NCBI GenBank assembly: GCA_902806345.1
Contig: CADCWF010000251.1
Span: 1-61,332, forward strand
Direction: 5' to 3'
Length of the DNA stretch: 61,332 nt
Source of the DNA: an uncultured Thermomicrobiales bacterium
GTDB taxonomy: Bacteria; Chloroflexota; Chloroflexia; Thermomicrobiales; UBA6265
Part shown: piece after piece, positions 56,345 through 61,332 of the stretch
Position numbering within the stretch: the stretch's first letter is position 1
Layout of the letters: the number at the start of each line of letters is the position of its first letter
Position numbers and translations under genes: made by a program
The notes under the pieces: generated by a model
Database searches by the model: none
What the model saw: only the letters and a program-made list of their open reading frames with translations
What the model was told of the DNA's origin: nothing

Positions 56345-56373
56345 GTCATCCCGAGCGGAGCAGAGAATCTCCC
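56345..56373. repeat. Family A repeat, single degenerate arm
   Basis: GTCATCCCGAGCGGAGCAGAGAATCTCCC between serA and the oxidoreductase; no clear partner arm. Confidence 0.5.
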
Positions 56374-56416
56374 GTCGCAGCCGCGTCGGTCGCCTGATTG
56401 TTTCCCGGCTCCTCGC

Positions 56417-58666
56417 TTACGGCGCCGCCATCGCCATCACCGGTTCGGCTGGGGCTGGGTGGGGGAGGGAGACGACGTAGGCCGTCTCGATGCCGGAGAC
56501 GGCGCCGATCTCGGCGAGCGCCGGGGCCGGGATCTCGTCGTCGACGTTGAGGACCATGATCGAGGCGCCGCCGCGCAGCCGCTCCCGGCGGCCGACCTGC
56601 ATCCCGGCGATGTTGACGTCGTAGCGGCCGAGGATGGTGCCGATCTGGCCGATCATCCCTGGCTGATCGCGGTGGTGGGTGATCAGGACGTCGCCGGCGA
56701 GGGGGCTGTTCAAGCCAAAGCCGTCGACCTCGACGATGCCGGCTTCCCGCCGGTCCCAGCGGACGACGACGTGGTGGGCCGGCTCGGCCTCGCCACGGAG
56801 GGTAACCTCGAACGAGAACGCGGGCACGGTCTCCGGGTTGGGGTCGTCCTGGCTGACGCCGACGGCAATTTCCGCCTCCGCCGCCACCAGTCGGGCGTTG
56901 ACCGGGGTGACCCGGCGGTCCGTCCAGCGGCCGAGCGCCTCGGCCAAGGCGGCGCCGAGGACGTGCTCCACGATGTCGCTCTGGACCAGACCGTCGACGG
57001 TGACGCCAAAGCGCGAGGCGCGCTCGGGCGCGAGGACGGCCAGGAGGCGGCCGGCGGCGGCGGCGACGGACGTCAGCGCCTGGAGCTGGCGGGTCCGGAG
57101 CGACGACGCCGGCAGATTGACCGCGTTCGGCACCGCCTCACCCCGAAGTGCGGCCAGGGTGCTGGTGCTGATCACCTCGCCGACGGCGGCCAGGGCTTCG
57201 GCGCTTGAGCCCCCGGTGTGGGGGGTGACGACGACGTTCGGCAGCGCGAAGAGGGGGCTCCCGGTGCACGGCTCGTGGGGGAAGACGTCGACCCCGGCAC
57301 CGGCGACCCGGCCGGAACGGAGCGCCTCGGCCAGCGCCTCCTGGTCGACGACTTCGCCGCGGGCCGCGTTGATGACGATGGCGCCCGGCTTGAGCAGCGC
57401 GAGGGTCCGCTCGTCGAGCATGTGGGTGGTCTCGGCGGTGGCCGGCACGTGGAAGGTGACCACGTCGCTGTTCGCCAGCAGGGTCGGGTAGTCGACCGGC
57501 GCGGCGCCGATCTCGGTGAAGCGAGCGGCGGTGATGTAGGGGTCGTAGGCGATGGTCTTCATCTCGAAGGCGCGCAGCCGCTGGGCCACCCGGGAGCCGA
57601 CCCGGCCGAGGCCGACGACGCCGACGGTGCGGCCCCGGAGGTCGACCGGCGTCATCCGCTTGCGCTCCCAGCGGCCCGCCTTGGTCGAGGCATCGGCGAA
57701 TGGGATCTGGCGGGTCACGGCGAGGAGCAGGGCGATGGTGTGCTCGGCCGCGGAGACGGCGTTGGCGCCCGGCGCGTTGAGGACGAGGACGCCGGCCCGC
57801 GTCGCCGCGGCGAGGTCGATGTTGTCCACCCCGACGCCCGCCCGGGCGACGACCCGCAGCCGCGGAGCGGCGCGCAGCACCTCCTCGTCCACCTGCGTCT
57901 CGCTGCGGACCACCAGCGCGTCGACCTCCCCGATTGCGGCCAGGAGCGCGGCGCGGTCGGTGCCGTCGACGTCGACGACCCTCGCCTCGCGCTCGAAGCG
58001 GGTCCGGGCGATGGGGTGGACGGCATCGCTGATCACGATCCGCGGCCGGTCTGGAGCGTGGCCGTTCGGCGACGCGGCGGTGTCACCGGCCGACGGGGCG
58101 GCGAGACGGCGGCGCAGGAGCGGCACCACCCCCAGGAGGGTCGCGACCTGGACGATGGAGCCGTCGGCGGGTGGTGGCGCGTCCTCGCCGCTCTTGACGA
58201 GGAAGCAGGTGACCCCGGCCGCCGCGTAGTTGCGGGCGTGGCGGAGGCTGTCCTCGACCGCGTAGCCGATGCCGTGGCGGAGGGCGACGGCGGCCTTGAG
58301 GTCGGCGTAGAGCACCTCGCAGGGCGGAAAGCCGTGCCGCTCCAGCCAGCCGACGGTCATCCGCGCCGCATGCTCGGGGCGGGCGGTGACGATCTTGACG
58401 TTGTCGGGGCCGCAGAGGTCGATCATCGCCCGGAGGAAGGCGGGTCCGTCGGGATCCGGGGCCAGCTTCGCGGCGGGGCCGTCCGGGGCGTAGACCCAGT
58501 CGCGGACCTCGACCGGCACGTTCAGCCCCGCCGAATCGACGAACGCGCTCTCCGGCAGTTCGCGCTCGAAGCGGGCCGAGGCCGCCCGGGCGAGCGGCCG
58601 GGGGTGCTCCGTCAGCACCCCGTCGAGGTCGACCGCCAGCCGCACCGGATCCGTCCCCACACCCAT
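56417..58666 (-). CDS. serA: Fusion of an N-terminal HAD-superfamily domain with D-3-phosphoglycerate dehydrogenase (ASB + ACT domains)
   Basis: HAD motifs: DLDGVL (I), IVTAR (II), K (III), VEDS (IV). PGDH motifs: RAGVGVDNID, GVVGLGRVG, INAARG, DVFPHEP, TPHTGGS. ACT motif: HRDQPGMIGQIGTILGRYDVNIAGM. Confidence 0.92.
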   Translation of the reverse strand: MGVGTDPVRLAVDLDGVLTEHPRPLARAASARFERELPESAFVDSAGLNVPVEVRDWVYAPDGPAAKLAPDPDGPAFLRAMIDLCGPDNVKIVTARPEHAARMTVGWLERHGFPPCEVLYADLKAAVALRHGIGYAVEDSLRHARNYAAAGVTCFLVKSGEDAPPPADGSIVQVATLLGVVPLLRRRLAAPSAGDTAASPNGHAPDRPRIVISDAVHPIARTRFEREARVVDVDGTDRAALLAAIGEVDALVVRSETQVDEEVLRAAPRLRVVARAGVGVDNIDLAAATRAGVLVLNAPGANAVSAAEHTIALLLAVTRQIPFADASTKAGRWERKRMTPVDLRGRTVGVVGLGRVGSRVAQRLRAFEMKTIAYDPYITAARFTEIGAAPVDYPTLLANSDVVTFHVPATAETTHMLDERTLALLKPGAIVINAARGEVVDQEALAEALRSGRVAGAGVDVFPHEPCTGSPLFALPNVVVTPHTGGSSAEALAAVGEVISTSTLAALRGEAVPNAVNLPASSLRTRQLQALTSVAAAAGRLLAVLAPERASRFGVTVDGLVQSDIVEHVLGAALAEALGRWTDRRVTPVNARLVAAEAEIAVGVSQDDPNPETVPAFSFEVTLRGEAEPAHHVVVRWDRREAGIVEVDGFGLNSPLAGDVLITHHRDQPGMIGQIGTILGRYDVNIAGMQVGRRERLRGGASIMVLNVDDEIPAPALAEIGAVSGIETAYVVSLPHPAPAEPVMAMAAP

Positions 58667-58859
58667 GCCCCCCCGCTTGCTCGTCCGGATTCAACGCCCG
58701 CCCTGCGGCTCGATTCGGCGGGCCGAACGACCGCGCAATCGACTGGCGAGCGGCACGCCATGGAGCGGCCGACGCGGCGGCCGGGTCAACCCGCGGAGCG
58801 TAGCACCCAGCGGAGCGCCGGTTCAACGCGCGGCGACGCCGCGGGTGGTGGCCGGCGAC

Positions 58860-59507
58860 TCAGGCGCGGTGTCCCTCCGCCGCCTCTTTGGTGATCTTCA
58901 AGTGGACCCGGTCCGTCCCGAAATCGGCCACCTCGGCGACGGGGATGCGCAAATCATGGCGGAAGAGGAACCCGGCCTTGACGACCAAGGCGTCGACGGT
59001 CCCGAGCTCGCCGACAACCGCCTCGTCGAGGGTGCCGATCTTGTGGCCGTCGCTCGAGACCACGTCGCTGCCGTGGTGGAGGACCGCCTCCGAGAAGAGC
59101 AGGTTGGACTCGACCTGGACGGTCGGCGGATCGATCGGGGCGACGTCGAAGAAGTCGCCGCCGGGGTAGCCGGGACCGCCGGCTGACGCATCGGTGAGGA
59201 CCGGGCCGCCGACCCCGCCGGTCGGGATGATCGTCGGGAAATCGGGGACGCGCGGCTCGCTCGCGATCTCCCGGCTGTCGAGCATTGGCATCGCCTCGTA
59301 CGACTGCCGCGAGAGGTCGAGGGCAATCCCGTCTCCACCCGAGGTATTCACGGCCGAGACATCGACGAGCCGAGGCGGCTCACCTCGCCCGCGGCCGACG
59401 AGGACGCGGGTGACTTCGAAGGTGCCGCCGTTGACCACCACCCCGACGACGGAGCCGACCGCCTCACCGTCGCTCGCCCGAACCTCCTGTCCGAAGTCGA
59501 TCTTCAC
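58860..59507 (-). CDS. Tandem PRC-barrel domain protein
   Basis: SD GGGAGG then GTG. Two PRC-like units (GQEVRASDGEAVGSV; GSDVVSSDGHKIGTLDE...GFLFRHDLRIPV). Confidence 0.85.
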   Translation of the reverse strand: MKIDFGQEVRASDGEAVGSVVGVVVNGGTFEVTRVLVGRGRGEPPRLVDVSAVNTSGGDGIALDLSRQSYEAMPMLDSREIASEPRVPDFPTIIPTGGVGGPVLTDASAGGPGYPGGDFFDVAPIDPPTVQVESNLLFSEAVLHHGSDVVSSDGHKIGTLDEAVVGELGTVDALVVKAGFLFRHDLRIPVAEVADFGTDRVHLKITKEAAEGHRA

Positions 59508-59808
59508 GGCTTGCCTCCCTTTCAGATAACCCGTACGTTCGATGTGCTCAGCGGCGAAACGCCGCCGCCGTGGCGCTCGTTGAAGCAGCGGGCGACCCGT
59601 GAGGGGGACGCCGCCCTCGGCGTGGCGCGAGTGCGTCACTCTTTCGCACACCGCGGCGTGCTGCGCAAGACGGGCCGGGCCCGTCATCGGCGGCCATCGA
59701 GCCGTGGCGGTGGATGCATCTTGGGTCGGACCGGCGACGTAGCTTGAACGACGCCCGAAGGGAACCGCGACGCCGCGGGCGACACGACCGGACGGGGAGG
59801 GGACGCCA

Positions 59809-60519
59809 GTGGACGGCCAGGGATTCGATCGGCTTACGCGACGGCTGGCGGGAACCATCGGGCGGCGCGGCGCGCTGCGGTCGCTGGTCGGGGTGGCTGG
59901 GCTCGCGGTCGCCGGTTCGGCTGCGGTGCGAATCCGGGCCCAGGACGCGTGCCCCGAGGGATGCGGACGCAATCGGCGCTGCGTCGACGGCGCCTGCGTC
60001 CGCGCCTGCCAGGGCGACGGCGACTGCCGCGACGGCGACGACGCCTGCATCGGCGGCCGCTGCCGCGACGGCGTCTGCTCCCAGTTCGCGGCCCGCTGCG
60101 AGGCGGGCTACGTCTGCTGCGGCAACGGCGAGTGCTGCGGCCAGAGCTGCCGGCTCGACCTCGACTGCTTCGTCGCCGATCCGTGCGTCACCGGCCGCTG
60201 CGCCGACGCCACCTGCGAGTTCACCCGGCGCGATCCGTGCGTGGTCTGCGCGGCCGACGCCGACTGCGCCGAAACCGGCGGCACGTGCTGCGGCGGCGCC
60301 TGCATCTCGCCCTGCCCCGAGGGGTCGGTTCTGAGCAAGGGGTGCGAGTGTCGGGTGACCGCCCTCGACGGCGTCATCATCGCCGGCAACGCGGCCACCG
60401 ACGACGCCAGCGGGGCGGACGGCGAGCGCGACGTGCCGCCGACGCCTCAGCCGACGGCGCCGCCGGAACCGACCGTCGCGCCGACGGCCGTCCCCGTGTC
60501 GGGGACGCCGGCAGCGTAG
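59809..60519 (+). CDS. Secreted cysteine-rich protein with Tat-like leader
   Basis: Leader MDGQGFDRLTRRLAGTIGRRGALR...RAQD, 28 Cys in about 135 residues, and a Pro/Thr-rich tail. Confidence 0.82.
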   Translation: MDGQGFDRLTRRLAGTIGRRGALRSLVGVAGLAVAGSAAVRIRAQDACPEGCGRNRRCVDGACVRACQGDGDCRDGDDACIGGRCRDGVCSQFAARCEAGYVCCGNGECCGQSCRLDLDCFVADPCVTGRCADATCEFTRRDPCVVCAADADCAETGGTCCGGACISPCPEGSVLSKGCECRVTALDGVIIAGNAATDDASGADGERDVPPTPQPTAPPEPTVAPTAVPVSGTPAA

Positions 60520-60688
60520 GCCAGCGGCGCGATCCCGCGCACCTGCTTCCAGGGGTTCGTGCTCGACCCCGCTCCCGAATCTCGGGAGCGGGGTTCACCG
60601 TCTGTAGCCGCATCGCGCGGACAGCCTGCCCGGAGCGGCCGACTCGGCAATCCTGCCTACCCGCCGGCCGACCTCGGCTCCCGCCGGA

Positions 60689-60706
60689 ATCGGCAAGCTT
60701 GCCGAT
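60689..60706. promoter_or_regulatory. Perfect 18-bp palindrome, candidate operator
   Basis: ATCGGCAAGCTTGCCGAT equals its own reverse complement; intergenic, about 110 nt upstream of ORF 60819. Confidence 0.5.
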
Positions 60707-60818
60707 GCCCCGGCCCTGCCCATCTGCCAGGTTGGGGGCAAGCCGGATGGGGTCCTCCCGCCCACGGGCTCGAGCGAATCGGAGCCCCGGCTCCCGACAT
60801 CGCACGAGGGAGGCAGTC

Positions 60819-61106
60819 ATGATTCCCCACCCCAGCACGATGATCGCGGTCCAGGAATCTCGCACCCGCGAGTTGAACGCGGAGGTCGCCAGGGATCGCC
60901 GCGCGACGCCCGCCCTCGGCGTGGGGTCCTCGACGGCCGCCACCGGGACGTCCGGGTTGGGTCGACCGTTCGCGGCGTTCGGAGGGCGGCTCCGATCCCT
61001 GTCCGGGCCGGGTTGGGCGACCCGGCAGCGTATTGACCGGGATGGCGGCGCGCTTCGCCTGTCCCCCTTCGCTCCGCGCGTCCCCCGATCCCGCGGCGAA
61101 CCGTAG
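60819..61106 (+). CDS. Small hypothetical protein (95 aa)
   Basis: SD GGGAGG then ATG; MIPHPSTMIAVQESRTRELNAEVARDRRA. Confidence 0.6.
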   Translation: MIPHPSTMIAVQESRTRELNAEVARDRRATPALGVGSSTAATGTSGLGRPFAAFGGRLRSLSGPGWATRQRIDRDGGALRLSPFAPRVPRSRGEP

Positions 61107-61283
61107 GCCCGGCGGTTGGCCGAAGCCACAGCCAACGCCTCATTGGCAGGTTTCTGCCATTCCCCTCGCCAGACGACTCCCCTACGCTCGGACATCGAGA
61201 CCACCTGGTGCCGGAGGCGGGAGACGCCCGTTAGCGTTCGGTCGCGTCGCTCGACTTCGTGCCCGTATCGGGGAGGTGCTGTC

Positions 61284-61332
61284 ATGGTCCGCCGCGTCGT
61301 CGCGGTCGTCTCTCGTGTCGGCCAGGGAGCCC
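61284..61332 (+). CDS. Start of a CDS truncated by the window end
   Basis: SD GGGGAGG, then ATG GTC CGC (MVRRVVAVVSRVGQGA). Confidence 0.5.
   Translation, partial: MVRRVVAVVSRVGQGA

Noticed and set aside
58744-58760. GG-N10-GC match upstream of the HAD-serA gene
   Set aside because: Poor -12 element (TCGC) inside a GC-rich dyad; plausible by chance.
1069-58894. Many long antisense or alternate-frame ORFs (e.g. 1069-3252, 14361-16418, 39607-41454, 46403-48964, 51155-53431, 57218-58894)
   Set aside because: They are Arg/Pro/Gly-rich with no motifs and overlap well-supported genes; such shadow frames are expected at about 70% GC.
61144-61159. Sigma-54-like TGGCAGGTTTCTGCCA
   Set aside because: Spacing is GG-N9-GC on both strands, and sigma-54 requires N10. 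Kept only as a palindrome.
1-61332. CRISPR array, tRNA, rRNA, integrase or transposase
   Set aside because: No regularly spaced direct repeats, cloverleafs, rRNA signatures or recombinase motifs were seen. The repeats found are dispersed palindromes.

Overview
High-GC (roughly 70%) chromosomal window. Gene content and protein styles suggest Chloroflexota, probably Thermomicrobiales; this is inference. Housekeeping genes include tyrS (partial), tyrA, rpoN, Rrf2-iscS, a tightly coupled uvrB-aroQ-Xaa-Pro peptidase-efp-accB-xseA-xseB run, ilvE and mrp/apbC. Accessory content includes a coupled hydrolase-GT2-cruF(-acyltransferase) carotenoid glycoside-ester cluster, three carbohydrate ABC importers (only one with its own ATPase), a Tat-signal sulfatase, and a ~15 kb LacI-associated sugar-oxidation locus. 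That locus carries an unexplained tandem ferritin-like (DUF455-like) di-iron protein. Most notable observations: (1) the di-iron protein inside the sugar locus; (2) four well-spaced sigma-54 -24/-12 boxes, two of them face-to-face upstream of an RpoN with a CxxC-x8-CxxC insertion, and one ahead of an unannotated 79-aa acidic protein plus an aeRF1/Vms1-like protein; (3) a HAD-phosphatase::SerA fusion; (4) two families of REP-like intergenic palindromes, including a mosaic element, with a stem-loop after every solute-binding-protein gene. I found no rRNA, tRNA, CRISPR array or transposase. The ORF-track entry 32777..35689 '+' is really on the minus strand and contains the sulfatase. All family assignments come from motif recognition, not database searches.
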